DNA of 64,000 nucleotides from Vulcanimicrobiota bacterium. GTDB taxonomy: Bacteria > Vulcanimicrobiota > Vulcanimicrobiia > Vulcanimicrobiales > Vulcanimicrobiaceae. This document shows positions 49,159 to 64,000 of the stretch, in pieces. Position 1 is the stretch's first letter. Every line of letters starts with the position of its first letter. The notes under the pieces were generated by a model. That model searched no databases, was not told where the DNA came from, and was given only the letters and a program-made list of their open reading frames with translations. The stretch covers positions 160,001 through 224,000 of the forward strand of contig CAWCIZ010000003.1 of the NCBI GenBank assembly GCA_963795855.1. Reading direction: 5' to 3'. The translations under genes were made by a program, and so were the position numbers.

Positions 49159-50020
49159 CGGTCGCGAACCTTTCGCCAATGTGCTTCGAAACGCGCGTGC
49201 AGCGCGCGCGACGAACGCCGGATCGCCGGTGCGCAAAGCCCCACTCGAGTTGATCGCCGTCGGCATACGTCGACGTCGCATTGGCCGACCCAATCCATGC
49301 GCGCGTTCCGGCGACCGCGAACTTTTCGCTCGAGCGCGTGAGCCGAACGTCGGACGCCCGCGCCTATGAGCAAAGCGGCAACGCGGCGCGTCTTCGGGTC
49401 CGTTGACGCTGCCCGTCTCGAGAGCAGCACGCGGCAGCGCACGCCGCTTTGCGCCGACGCGGATCGCGTGCGCATACACGGCGCACGCATGCCGAACGCT
49501 TCGCTTTCGACGTCCACGTCGTCGCGCGATCCGCGCTGCAAGCATTCGCGCTTCTGCTGCGCAGGCGTCGTCTTTGTTCAGTCCAGGTGCGCCTGCCGAG
49601 ATGCCGTCGTCGCCGAGCGATTGCCGCGCGAATCGCTGCGACGTGCGGGCGCGATCGTCGCGCAACGACCGTATCGCCCGTCATCGTTCCAAGTTCCGAT
49701 CGTCCAAAAACGCGTCGCCGTCGCAGACGGCGGCCTTCAGATGCAAAGCGGACCTTCGTCGCTGCTCGCATGGACGAGTCGCGCGTCGACGCCGGCCTTG
49801 CGCAGCGCGTCGACGGCTGCGGCGGTTGCAGCCGCCAAACTGCGGCCGTCAGCCGAAACGGTGCGCCGTCCAGCCGCACCTGCACGTGCGCGCCGCGGCG
49901 CGCGGCATGCTTCGAGCGCCGCTCAGCACGTCGCCCGGCGAAGCAAGTACGAGGCGCAATCGATATGGCGCGCGTTCGCATAGCCGCGAGCATGCCCAAA
50001 GTCGACGCGAGCGAAATCAT
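49135..50020 (-). CDS. Phospholipase D-like (HKD) protein; heavily frameshifted; boundaries approximate
   Basis: Pieced reading: HIDCASY...HAARRGAHVQVRLDG...LHLKAAVCDGDAFLDDRN...EKFAVAGTRAWIGSANATSTY...QLEWG...LHARFEAHW. Confidence 0.65.
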
Positions 50021-50082
50021 GCATCGAGCCATCACCGCCGGGAATGAACGCCTAGGCCCGGCGCGAAAGCACATCGGTTCGC

Positions 50083-50818
50083 ATGACGTTCACCGAAACA
50101 CGGTTCCGCCGCCGACCGACAAAGGCGCCTTCGTGCGCGAGATGTTCGCCCGGATCGCGCCGCGCTACGATGCGGCCAACCGCGTCATCAGCGCCGGCAT
50201 GGACGAAGGCTGGCGCAAGCGTGCGATCGCGGTGCTCGCACGCGCCGCACAGGCGGCCGCGTTCTGGATTTGTGCTGCGGAACCGGCGACGTCGTGTTTC
50301 ATTTGCTGCGCACGGATCCGACGCTGCACGTGACGGGCGTCGATTTCTGCGAGCCGATGCTGCAGACGGCGCGCGCGCGCGCGCCAAACGCGAAGCGCGC
50401 GGCGACGTCGCACTTCGTCGAAGGCGACGTGATGGCGCTGCCGTTCGCGGACGCCACATTCGACGGCGCGACGATGGGATTTTCGCTGCGCAACGTCGTC
50501 GACATCGATGCGGCGCTGCGCGAAATCCGTCGCGTGCTGCGGCCCGGAGCGCGCTTCGTCAACTTGGACATGAGCAAAGCGCCGAACCCGCTGTGGAAGG
50601 CGTGCTTCGATCTGTACTTCTACCGCATCGTGCCGCTCATCGGCGGCATCGTCGGCGGCTCGCGCGCAGCGTACGCGTATCTGCCGCAGTCGCTCACGCA
50701 CCATCCCGAACGCGGAGGCGCTGCGCGACGCGGTTCGCGCGCGCCGGATTCAACGACTGCGGGCTTCGTGCGCTCTGATGGGCGGCGCCGTCGCCATTCA
50801 CTACGGAACGGCGCATGA
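50083..50818 (+). CDS. menG: UbiE/MenG demethylmenaquinone methyltransferase; indels
   Basis: VREMFARIAPRYDAANRVIS, LDLCCGTGD, GDVMALPF, FSLRNV, AYAYLPQS. Confidence 0.9.
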
Positions 50819-51791
50819 TGATCGAGCCGAAACCGCGCACGCGACGCCAGCCTCTACTCGCTGGTCGAAGACTTTTTCCGCAACACGTTCACGACCGACA
50901 ATCCGCTGATCACCGAAGCGATAAAGCGCATGCTGGCGGCCGGCGGCAAGCGGCTGCGTCCGCGCATCACGCTGCTGGCCGCGCAAGCCGAACGGCGCCG
51001 AATCCGGCAAGACCATCTCGCATCTCGCCGCGTACATGGAGCTGATCCACGTCGCGACGCTCATTCACGACGACGTCGTCGACAACGCGCAAACGCGGCG
51101 CGGCGTCAATGCGACCGCCGTCGATTACGGCAACCGCATCAGCGTGCTCGCCGGCGATTATCTGTTCGCATGGATCTTCAAGAACGTCACCGCGCAGTAT
51201 CCGCATCCCGTTCCGAACATTCTTTCCGCGACGCTGGCCGATATCTGCGACGGCGAAGTGCTGCAATTGCGCGCGCTGGGCAATCTCGATCTGCCGCTCG
51301 CGGCGTACGTCGAGATCGTGATGAAAAAAACGGCGTCGCTCTTTGCGGCTTCGGCCGAATGCGGCGCGATCATGGGCGGCGCCGAGCCGCTGCAGCGTCG
51401 AAAGCGCTGCGCGATTTCGGCCTGTACTACGGCATCGCGTTTCAGATGAAGGACGACCTGCTCGACCTGACGGCCGACGCGCAGTCGCTCGGCAAGCCCG
51501 TCGGCAACGACTTGCGCGAGCGCAAGATGACGATTCCGTTAATTCTCGCGCTGGCGCGCGGCGACGGCGACTTCGCGAGCGCTGGTCGAACGTTTCTATG
51601 CAGGGAAGCCGAGACGCGGGCCATACCGGCACGGTCATCGAGGGCATCGCCGCGTGCGGCGGGCTGGACGGAACGCGCGAGCAGATCGCCCAGTACGCCG
51701 CGCCGCGCGAAGCTCTCGCTGGCGCCGCTGGACAACGAGCCCGGCAAAGGCCGAACTGCAGCGGCTTGGCCGACGCGCTGCTCGCAGATAG
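50815..51791 (+). CDS. Polyprenyl diphosphate synthase (HepT/IspB-like); indels
   Basis: GGKRLRP, ELIHVATLIHDDVVD, RRG, LAGDYL, KKTASLF, AFQMKDDLLD, GKPVGNDL. Confidence 0.9.
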
Positions 51792-51803
51792 AAGGAGTAC
51801 ATC

Positions 51804-52091
51804 ATGAGTCATTCATCCCGCTCGTCGCGCTCGGCCCCGAGATAATCGGCATCGTCGTCGATTGCCGCGTTGCTCTTCGGCGCGGAGAAACTGCCGAAGC
51901 TGGCGCGCAGCGCCGGCCAAGCGAAGAAAGAATTCATGATGGGTCAGGCCGAGGCCGACGCAGCCGCCGAACGAGCGCGCGAACAGGCGCGTCTGCGCGC
52001 GCCAAGCCGCGAACGCCGACCCGATGGACAACGTCGGTCAGAACAACGCCGCGGGCGTCGGCGAAAACGTTCCGCCGCCGACGCCGGATAA
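51804..52091 (+). CDS. tatA: Twin-arginine translocase TatA; indels
   Basis: LLFGAEKLPKLARSAGQAKKEF; RBS AAGGAG. Confidence 0.85.
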
Positions 52092-52112
52092 AGGAACGCT
52101 CAGCGGCTGAGC

Positions 52113-52895
52113 ATGATCGTCGACAGGCCGCGGCCGCCCGCGTCACGAACGCGACGAAGCCGGCTGGGATCAAAAGGAGATGAGTTTTACGGAGCACCTT
52201 CGGGAGCTCCGTAAACGTCTGCTCATCGCCATCGGTACCGTGCTCGGCCTGGCAATCGTGCTGTTCTGGCCCTCGCAGTACGTCATTCCGTTGCTGACGC
52301 ACGCGTACTTCAAAGGCGTGCAGCTGCACGCGTTCGGTCCGGCCGACGTCATCGTCGTCGAGTTCAAGTTCTCGGTCTACGCCGCGATCGTCGTCGGGCT
52401 TGCCGGTGCTGCTTTACCAGCTGTGGATGTTCGTCGTGCCGGCGTTTCATCCGCGCACGCGGCGCATGGTGTACGCCTACGTCGCGCCGTCGTTCTTGCT
52501 GGCGCTTGCCGGCATCGCGTTCGCGCATTTCCTCGTGCTTCCGCGCGTCGTCGGCACGCTGCTCGGCGTCACGAGCCACGTCGCGACGCGCGACGTTCGG
52601 CATCGAGTCGACGCTGAATTTCATCTTGCTGGTTTTTCTGGCGTTCGCGCTGATCTTCCAAACGCCGATCGTCATGATCGCTCTCGCGCGCATCGGCATC
52701 ATCAACTCGGCGTTTCTCAAGCGCTCGCGCCGGTACTTCTTGTTCGGCTTTTTCGTCTTCGGGGCGATTGCCGCGCCCGACGGCAATCCGCTGACGATGG
52801 CGATGATGGCGCTTCCGATGTACGCGCTGTACGAAGTCAGCCTGTGGATCATCGTCCTGCTCGAGAAGTCGTGGCGCCCGGCGCCCGCGGCGTAG
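52113..52895 (+). CDS. tatC: Twin-arginine translocase TatC; indels
   Basis: EMSFTEHLRELRKRL, LYQLWMFVVPA, FQTP, RRY, PDGNP, LYE. Confidence 0.9.
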
Positions 52896-52911
52896 TACGG
52901 CTGAGCCGCAG

Positions 52912-54312
52912 ATGATCGGCCGTACGCCGGTCCTTCTACGGCGACTTCACGCGCACGTTCGGCAACGTGCTGTTCGCCGTGTGCCTGCTGTTCGTTTGGG
53001 GCCTGATGACGCTCGCCGGCGTCATCGTCGATCAAGGCAAGGATCCGAGCGACTACTTTTCGGTGTACGCGCCGCCGCTCGCGCGGCTGATCTTGCGGCT
53101 TGGACATCGACAACATCTACCACACGCCGTACTACGTCGGCATCATCGGGCTGATTCTGCTTTCGCTTGCGGTCTGCACGTTCAAGCGCGTGATTCCGGC
53201 GCGCTTCCGGCGCTGCGGCCCGGTGCGATCGACAAGATTCCGCTCAACGCGCAGCATCGACGTGCCCGGCGACGGAAGCAGCACGTGCGCGCGCGCGTCG
53301 AGCGATTCTTTCCGCAAGCGCGGATGGCTGGTGCGCAAGCGCGAGTTCGGCGGCGACGGAATGGACGTTTGCGGACAAGCACAATTGGGCGCGCCGCGGC
53401 GTTCTGGTCGCGCACATCGGCTTCACGATCATCGCGGCCGGCACGACGCGTGTACTGGGCCAAGGGATTTTCGGGCGAAACGCCGGTGATCGTACCGGGC
53501 AAACCATCGACGGTGCCGCACCGCGACGCGACGCTGCGCCTGAACGGTTTCGCGTACAAGATCCAGCCGATCATGACCAAGAGCGGCATGGTCTACCAGC
53601 CGATCGACTACGTTTCGTACGTGACCGTCACCGGTAAGGACGGCGTGCCGCGCAACGCAAACGATTCGCGTGAACCATCCGATCGACATCGACGGATCGC
53701 TGTTCTACCAGTCGAGCTACGGCTTCGCGCTGCGGTTTCTGGTCTCGCACGACGGCACGCGCGACGCGGCGCTTTCCGACAAGATCTATGTCACCGGCGA
53801 CTCGATCGTGCTGCCGGGAATCGAGCGCGGCAACTTCAAGTCGATCAGTTCGTGCCGACGGTCGACCGGCAACCGGGCAAGCCGTCGGCCGATCCGCGCA
53901 TCAACAATCCGGCCGTCGCGCTTGAAGCGTCTGCGAAGGCGGGCAAACCGCCGGCGCGGCGCTCGTTCCGATGCACACGTGGATCGACGTCGGCGACGGC
54001 TGGCGCATCACGCCGCAGCGATACCTGATGGTCAGCGGACTGCAGTACCGGTACGATCCCGGCGTCCCGCTCGTCGGCATCGGCGCGTTCGTGCTGCTCG
54101 CGGGTCTGGTGATTTCGTTTTACTTTCTGCCGGCGCGCCTGTACGTGCGCGTCGAACCGGCGCCGCAGGGCTGTACGGTCGGCATGGCCGCGACGACGGT
54201 CAAAGGCTACGATATGTTCGAAACGCAGTTCACCGAACTGGTCGCCGACATTCGCAAGACGATCGTTCCGACGGGACATCCGGCAACACTCTCGCTCGCG
54301 GAGGCAACCTAA
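52912..54312 (+). CDS. resB: Cytochrome c biogenesis protein ResB/CcsB (system II); indels
   Basis: N-terminal TMs with IYHTPYY...LAVCT, AHIG, VNHPIDIDG..FYQSSYG, SGLQYRYDPGVPLV. Confidence 0.85.
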
Positions 54313-55285
54313 TGCAACCGCACATGCCGCTCGACGAGGTGCTGCTGATCATCGCTCTCGGCGCATACACCGTCAGCGCGCTCGCGCTGATCGTGTATTT
54401 CTTCTCGCGCGAGGAGTGGCTGCAGCATCTGGGCATTCCGCTCGCGATCGCCGGCTGCGCTCGCGCAAGTTCGCGCAGCTCGTCGCGCGGTTCGAAATCA
54501 CGCACATTTGGCCGCTGCTCAACTTGTACGGATCGCTCTCGCTGTTTTCCGCCGTTTCCGTCGCGATTTTCATCTATTTCGCGTTCCGCTACAGACTGTG
54601 GTTCGCGGGCGGATTTCGTCGTCGGCGCTCGCGGCGCTGTTTCTCGCGTACGGCAGCGACGTGGAACGAAGGCGCGATGCCGGCGGTTCCTTCGCTGCAG
54701 TCGTACTGGGCGAAGATCCACGTGCCGCTCGTCGTCTCGTCGTACGCGGCCTTCATGGTCGCGTTCGTCATGTCCGCGATGTACTTGATGAAGTATTATT
54801 TCGAGCGCGCGCTTGCAGACTGCGCCGGCGACTCGCGGACTCTGCGATGGCGCGGCGGCGGATCCGCACCACGCCGTCGCGCGGGCGCCGGCCTGCGCGC
54901 TGCGCAATGGACACGCCGAATATCGCGGCGGCCGCCGGGAGGAAATACGCGGCGCAATGGTTCAACGGCAATGCCGAGCTCGCGCAGATCGACGTACTGA
55001 TCTACCGCGTCGTCGCCGTCGGTCTGCCGCTGCTGACGCTGGGCATCATCACCGGCGCGATGTGGGCGCACGAAGCGTGGGGCGCGTACTGGCAATGGGA
55101 TCCGAAGGAAACCGCCGCGCTCTTCTCATGGATCGTCTACGCGATCTACATGCATCTGCACACGCGCAGCGCGTGGCGCGGGCGTGCGCACCGCGTGGAT
55201 CAGCGCCGTCGGATTCCTGACGATCATGTTCTGCTATTTCGGCGTCAACATGTGGATCAGCGGCCTGCACAGTTACAAGGTGTAG
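54312..55285 (+). CDS. ccsA: Cytochrome c biogenesis protein ResC/CcsA; indels
   Basis: PSLQSYWAKIHV, WWD domain GAMWAHEAWGAYWQWDPKET, IYMHLH, GLHSY. Confidence 0.92.
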
Positions 55286-55447
55286 ACGGCGGCCTGAAAT
55301 CGGCGCCACGCGCCCGGTACCGCCGGCTCGCGATCGTTACGGCGCGAAAGTCCGATGAACGTCGGCGCCTGCTTCGCCGGAGGGCGAGCGTAGAATCCGT
55401 GATGAAAGACCACGGCCTTTCATCTCAACCTTCCGGAGCACGAAGCT

Positions 55448-56127
55448 TTGTCGAGTCACGCGCAAGCCTCCTCAGGGCACGGGGGGCATTCCCGAATTAC
55501 AAGCGCCTACGAGGACGCCGGAAGCCCCGAGGAGATTACGCGCCGCACGTTCATGGCCAACGCCACGATACGATCGGCGGATTCATCGGCCTGGCCTGGC
55601 GATTCCGATCGTCGGCTCGCTGGTTCCCGACGTCGGCAGCGGCGGCGCAACCTGGACGCCGCTCGACGAAGCAGGCTGGAAGCAACTGCAAGCCGCGACC
55701 GACAAGGCCGTGAAGATCGATTTCAATCTTCACGCCAAGGACGCGTATCTGCCGGCGCAGGCCATCGCCGAATCGGTGTTGGGGCATCAAGGTCAAGGAC
55801 TCGACGAAATTCAAAAGCGCGCTCCGATCTTGTTCATCCGAGCGGCAAAGACACGCTGCCGTACCAGATCGTGACGCTCGGCTTCGTGATCTTCAGCCCG
55901 ATCTGTCCGCATTTGGGCTGCCGCTACAACTACGAAGGCCGACATGAAGTTCGCCTGCCCGTGCCACGGCTCGCAGTTCGACAATCAACGGCGCGCACAT
56001 CGCCGGGCCGGCGGCCCGCGGTCTCGATCCGCTGCCGCTGCGCGAACAGAGCGGCGCCGCGCAAGTCGAATGGATCCGCTACAAACCGACGATTCCCGAT
56101 CGCATGGTCGTTTCGTACACCGACTAA
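55448..56127 (+). CDS. qcrA: Rieske iron-sulfur subunit of a bc-type complex; indels
   Basis: Tat motif ITRRTFM; CPHLGC and CPCHGS; GPAARGLD. Confidence 0.9.
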
Positions 56128-56148
56128 CGGAAGAGTAGTTAGAAGACG

Positions 56149-57669
56149 ATGCTCAACTGGATCGAGCGGCGCACCGGCTTCGTCACGCAAGACGAAGGAA
56201 TTCCTGACAGAAGACATTCCCGGCGGCGCCAGTTACTGGTACGTTTTCGGAAGCGCGACGCTGTTCGCGATGATCGTGCAGATCGCGACCGGCATATTCC
56301 TGACGTTCTTCTACGCCCCGTCGGCGAGCGACGGCATGGGAATCGACGCGGTCGATGTACATGCATCCGTTCCAGCATTTCATGCTGAGCGTCCACTACT
56401 GGGGCGCTTCGGCGATGATCGCGCTGCTGTTCCTGCATATGCTGCAAGTCGTGGTGTGGGGCGCGTACAAATCGCCGCGCGAGATCCAATGGATCGTCGG
56501 CGTGCTGCTGCTGCTGGTCACGATGGTGCTCGGCCTGACGGGATATCTGCTGCCGTGGGACATGGACGCGTACTTTGCCTCGCAAGTCGCGATCAACCTG
56601 ACGCTCACCGTGCCGGTCATCGGCGCGTTCATTCAGCAGTTCACGCAAGACGGCACGACGATGGGCACGCTGACCATCAACCGGTTCTTCGGCCTGCACG
56701 TGTGGCTGATGCCGGCGGTGCTCTGTCGCGCTCGTCGGCGCGCACTTGGCGATCTTCCGCTGGAACGGTCCGGCCGGACCGCCGGTCGAAGACCCGCGCC
56801 CGCTGGCAAGAAGGGACGCTTTTGGCCGGATCAGATGTTCATGGACGCGTTCGCATCGTTCGTCGATCTTCGCTGATCATTCTCGCGCTCGCCGCGTTCG
56901 CGCCGCCGTTCCTTGGATGCGAAAGCCGATCCGGCGAACTCGACGTTCATCCCGTATCCCGCCTGGTATTTTCTGGATCTGTTCGGATTGCTGCATTTGG
57001 TGCCGGGCGATCTGGAAGTCGTCGGCGCGATCGTCATTCCCGGCATCGCGACGCTGATTCTGCTTTTGCTTCCGTGGATCGATCGCAGCACGACGCGCAT
57101 GGTCGGCATCGCGCAAGCCGATCATGTGGCTGGTCGGCTGTTCGCTTGCGGTCATGTGGGGTCTGACGATCTGGAGCCAGATCGCCATCATGCACAAGCA
57201 AGCCGCGGCGCCGGCGAGCGCGCCCGAAGCGCAAATGCTCGCGAGGAAGAAACGAACATCGACGGCGGGCGGCAACGCAGCGGCTCCGGGCGCGAACAAT
57301 ACCAGGCGTCGTCCGGAGGCGGCGGTGCTCCGAACAGTCCGCTGGCCGCGGCCGGCCAAAAAGTGTACTCGCAAAATTGCTCGAGCTGCCACGGCGCGAC
57401 CGGCGGCGGAACGCCCGGCGCGTTTCCTCCGCTCGCGGGCAATCCGTTCGTAACGGGCGATGCGAAGGCCGTGATCACGACGGTGCTCAACGGCAAGAAC
57501 GGCGCGATCACGGTAAACGGCGCGAACGTACAACGGACAGATGCCGCCGTGGAAGGCCTCGCTTGCGAATAAAGACATCGCTGCCGTCGTGACGTACATT
57601 CGCACCGGTCTCGGCAGCAATCATGCCAGCGCGGTCACGGAACAAGACGTCAAAAAACTCAAGAAATAA
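56149..57669 (+). CDS. qcrB: Cytochrome b (b6 plus subunit IV) with a fused C-terminal c-type cytochrome; indels
   Basis: WYVFGS, HYWGASAM..LHM, TGYLLPWD, RFFGLHV, FWPDQ, PAWYF, then CSSCHG...FPPLAG...MP. Confidence 0.85.
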
Positions 57670-57684
57670 CCGCTGTCCGCGGCA

Positions 57685-57718
57685 AACGGGACTGCTACTG
57701 CGGTCCCGTTATTTTTTT
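57685..57718 (+). terminator. Intrinsic terminator of the respiratory operon
   Basis: AACGGGACTGC-tact-GCGGTCCCGTT followed by ATTTTTTT. Confidence 0.75.
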
Positions 57719-58276
57719 CTCGATGCGCCGGTCCGGAACGAGCCAAATTACGGCAACGGCGACGTAGAGCGCGTCCGCGGCCCACTGGTTCACGAACGCC
57801 AGCGCGATTCCGGCGGCATACAATGCGATCGACAAACGGCCTTTGAAATCCGAGCCGATTGCACGCGCGAGCGTCGAGTTCTTTCCGTTCGCCGCAATGA
57901 GCGAAGACAGCAGCAGCGAATACCCGACCGCCGCGAAGATGAGCACCGCTCCGTACACCGCGGTCGGAAGCGCTGAAAGGTGGTGCTCGCCCAGCCAAGC
58001 GGTGGTGAACGGAATGAGTGAGAGCCAGAAAAGCAGATGCAGGTTTGCCCACATCACGCGGCCGTCGATGAACTTCGCAGCGTACAACAGGTGATGATGG
58101 TTGTTCCAATAGATGCCGATGTTGACGAAGCTCAGCACGTATGCGAGGAACACCGGCAACGTCGAATGCAATGCGGCGAGATTAGCGCCGCCGGGGACCC
58201 GCAATTCCAGCACCATGATGGTGATGATGACGGCCAGGACGCCGTCGCTGAACGCGACCAGGCGTTCTTTGGTCAT
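57695..58276 (-). CDS. TMEM175 family potassium channel
   Basis: RLVAFSDGVLAVIITIMVLEL, YWNNHH, LIPFTTAW. Confidence 0.92.
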   Translation of the reverse strand: MTKERLVAFSDGVLAVIITIMVLELRVPGGANLAALHSTLPVFLAYVLSFVNIGIYWNNHHHLLYAAKFIDGRVMWANLHLLFWLSLIPFTTAWLGEHHLSALPTAVYGAVLIFAAVGYSLLLSSLIAANGKNSTLARAIGSDFKGRLSIALYAAGIALAFVNQWAADALYVAVAVIWLVPDRRIEKKITGPQ

Positions 58277-59988
58277 GTCAGCCGCCTGCCGTCTGCGAAC
58301 ATCCGCGGCCATCGTACAGATAGAGTGCGGCTTTCCCCCACGTCGCGACGAGGCGTCGAACGCGCCCGAAGCTCGGCGCTTGGGTTCGCGCGGGCGCGAT
58401 GAGCCACGTGCGCGGCGCCGAGCAAATCACGCTGCGCGGGCCGACCCCGTCGCCGCTCGGATTGGGATCGCCCGGAGCGACGAGTACGTACACGTGCGGA
58501 CGCGTGTAAAAGACCAGCGCGTTGCCTCCGGAGACGTGCAGAATTGCGACTGCGTCGCCGGCCGAACGCCGCGAATCGATGATATGCGCCAAGTGCGGAA
58601 CTGGTTTGAACGCTTCCGTCTGCGGCAACGCGAGCAGCGCAATGAAAGCGAGGGCGAACAGCATCGCGACGCCCAGTGCGTAGGGCGCAAAGCCGCGCGT
58701 GCGAACGGTCGCCGTCGCAAAGAGAAAGAACGCGACGACGGCGCCGATGAAGATTGCCGCGCCGACGTAGATGAGATTGAACGCGAGTTGATGGAACGCG
58801 CCGGTGAGCCGATTGTCGCGCGTGAACCACACAATCGCCACGGCAAGCAGCAGGATAAATGCCGGTACGATCGCCGTGGACAGCAGAGCCGAGCGGCTGC
58901 GCGCGCGCTGCACTGCTTGATCGAGATAGAGGCCCGCCAGCAGTGCGGGCGCCGGAAGTTCCAGCGCGATGTAATTCGGCAGCTTCGTTTGAGCGAAACT
59001 GAAAAACACGAAGGGCAGAACGAGCCAGCAAAATGCGCAACCGCAGCCAGCGCTGCACTTCCAGCTCGGCCGGCGCCGCATCCCGCGCGCGCAAACGTGG
59101 AATCGCATACGCGAGCGAAGACGGAAAAAACGCGATCCACGGAAAGAACGCGAGGATGAACACCGGGATGTAATACCAAGCCGGACCGCTTTGGTTTTCG
59201 ATGGTTCCGGTATAACGGCCGACCGTGTAATGGCCGATGAGTTCGACGACGGCGTGCGGACCCGTCCGCGCGAGAAGCGCCAAAAACCACGGTGCGACCA
59301 CGGCGAGAAAGATGGCGCAGCCGCCGAACCACCCGCGTAAGGTGGGAAGACGTACGCCCGCGCGCCGGCTTTCCCATATCGCATACGGTACGATCGTCAG
59401 CAGGGCGGACACCGGCGCGACCGGGCCTTTGGCAAGAAAACCGATTCCGGCAGCGGCCGCTCCGAAGCAGACGTACCGGTCGCTGCCGTTGCGCAGCGCG
59501 CGAAACCAGCACAGGACGCTCGCCGCTACGGACAAATCCAGAAGCGCGTCCATGATCGCCAGCCTTCCGACGATCGCCTGCATCAAACACGTCGAAAGTG
59601 CGACGCCGGTGTAAACACCGGCGCGCGTGCCGAGCGATCGGGCGACGGCGTACGTCACGACGCCGCCGGTCGCAATCGTCGCAAGCGCGGAAGGCAAGCG
59701 CAGCGCGAACGAGGTCAAGCCCAAAACCTTCACGCAGATCGCTGCGAGCCAGAAGTACAGCGGCGGCTGAACGTACCACGGCATACCGTTCAGATGCATG
59801 ACGACCCAATCGTGCGTGCGCAAGATTTCGCGCGCCACTTCGCCGTACGCCGTTTCGCTGTTGTCCCAAAGCGTGCCGCTGCCCAGACCCGGAATGGTAA
59901 CGAGCGCCGCGATCGCCGCACCGATGAGGCCCGCGCGTAGTGTTTTGGACACGGAAAGCAGTTTTGGGCGCCGGTGCAGCGAAGTCAT
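58273..59988 (-). CDS. ArnT/GT39-family membrane glycosyltransferase; frameshift near 59035
   Basis: LWDNSETAYGEVAREI...DW...QPPLYFW, ALRLPSA, LAKGPV, WYY, FFPW, TKLPNY. Confidence 0.88.
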   Translation of the reverse strand: MTSLHRRPKLLSVSKTLRAGLIGAAIAALVTIPGLGSGTLWDNSETAYGEVAREILRTHDWVVMHLNGMPWYVQPPLYFWLAAICVKVLGLTSFALRLPSALATIATGGVVTYAVARSLGTRAGVYTGVALSTCLMQAIVGRLAIMDALLDLSVAASVLCWFRALRNGSDRYVCFGAAAAGIGFLAKGPVAPVSALLTIVPYAIWESRRAGVRLPTLRGWFGGCAIFLAVVAPWFLALLARTGPHAVVELIGHYTVGRYTGTIENQSGPAWYYIPVFILAFFPWIAFFPSSLAYAIPRLRARDAAPAELEVQRWLRLRILLARSALRVFQFRSNEAAELHRAGTSGARTAGGPLSRSSSAARAQPLGSAVHGDRTGIYPAACRGDCVVHARQSAHRRVPSTRVQSHLRRRGNLHRRRRRVLSLCDGDRSHARLCALRTGRRDAVRPRFHCAARVAADGSVQTSSALGAYHRFAAFGRRRSRNSARLRRQRAGLLHASARVRTRRSGRSQSERRRGRPAQRDLLGAAHVAHRARANPSAELRARSTPRRDVGESRTLSVRWPRMFADGRRLT

Positions 59989-59996
59989 GCGAGCTC

Positions 59997-63101
<3,105 letters not shown>

Positions 63102-63110
63102 ACGAGAACC

Positions 63111-64000
63111 TTGCGTCTGGAACGATCGATCTCCGCATTCGCGCGGGCTCGCGGCATCATCGCGGGCGGCGTGAATTCCCCGGTACGCGCATTTCGCTCC
63201 GTCGGCGGTTCGCCGGTCTTCATGAAGAGCGGGCAAGGCGCGTCTATGTGCGACGTCGACGGGCACGAATACATCGACTACGTGCTCTCCTGGGGGCCGC
63301 TGATTCTGGGCCACGCGCATCCGAGCGTCGTCAAAGCGGTCACGCAAGCCGCGCAGCGCGGCAGTTCATTCGGAACTCCGACGGAAGCGGAGTCGGATCT
63401 CGGCGAACTGATCCGCGCGATGGTTCCGTCCGTCGAACGCGTGCGCTTCACTTCGAGTGGAACCGAGGCGACGATGAGCGCCGATCCGGCTCGCGCGCGG
63501 GTATACCGGACGCGACAAAATCGTGAAGTTCGCGGGCTGCTATCACGGCCACGCCGATTCGTTCCTGATTGCCGCCGGCAGCGGCGCGCTGACGAACGGC
63601 GTGCCGACTTCACCGGGCGTCACCGCCGGCGTGGCGCAAGACACGATCGTCTTGCCTTATAACGACGCGCATGCCGTTGCGGCAACCTTCGACGCCGATC
63701 CGCGCAGCATCGCCGCGGTAATCGTCGAGCCGTACGCGGGGAACATGGGTTTGGTTCCCGCGAAACCGGCGTACTTGCAGACGCTGCGCAACCTGTGCAC
63801 GCAGCACGGCGCGCTGTTGATCTTCGACGAGGTGATGACGGGTTTCCGCGTTGCGCGCGGCGGCGTTCAGGAACGCGAGAACGTGATGCCGGATCTCACG
63901 ACGCTCGGCAAAGTGATCGGCGGCGGTCTGCCGGTCGGCGCGTTCGGCGGACGCGGCGCATATTCTGTCCGACTTTCTCCGGACGGCGCGGTTTATCAGG
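63111..64000 (+). CDS. hemL: Glutamate-1-semialdehyde 2,1-aminomutase; frameshifted; truncated by the window edge
   Basis: [58 protein letters not shown]. Confidence 0.95.

Overview
High-GC bacterial chromosomal segment. The gene complement and protein styles suggest Eremiobacterota/Vulcanimicrobiota; this is an inference, not a verified assignment. From left to right: (1) 1-14.6 kb: a BTAD/AAA regulator, then a peptide/D-amino-acid (muropeptide-like) scavenging cluster with an APC permease, serine hydrolase, S9 peptidase, XRE-cupin regulator, orphan peptide-binding lipoprotein, DUF1611/DgcN-like protein and two tandem PBP4/DacB genes. (2) 15.3-17.8 kb: HU plus a ~2 kb gene-poor patch with candidate structured RNAs, C-rich-loop hairpins, a decayed hemerythrin gene and a probable IS1595 remnant. 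(3) 17.8-27 kb: an HTH/membrane/hydrolase operon, an apparent nadA-nadC fusion, pepP, pncA, an NCS1 permease and a NatAB-like ABC transporter. (4) 27-45.8 kb: a divergent Tad/Flp pilus locus with unusual extras: a TadG-like protein carrying ten N-x-N-G repeats, a CpaE-CpaF fusion ATPase, two Flp pilins, two prepilin peptidases, three GT-C-type membrane proteins, a degenerate PilZ protein and a MalT/BTAD regulator. This is the best candidate for an undescribed system (a pilus with dedicated glycosylation). (5) 46-64 kb: housekeeping and respiratory genes: rsmI, metG, tatD, a PLD-like gene, menG, polyprenyl synthase, tatAC, resBC, Rieske, a cytochrome b/IV/c fusion, TMEM175, an ArnT-like GT, hemC-hemD, hemB, mobA and hemL. 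Single-base indels break many genes, sparsely before ~48 kb and densely after it. These look like long-read assembly errors rather than real pseudogenes. No rRNA, tRNA or CRISPR array was seen.
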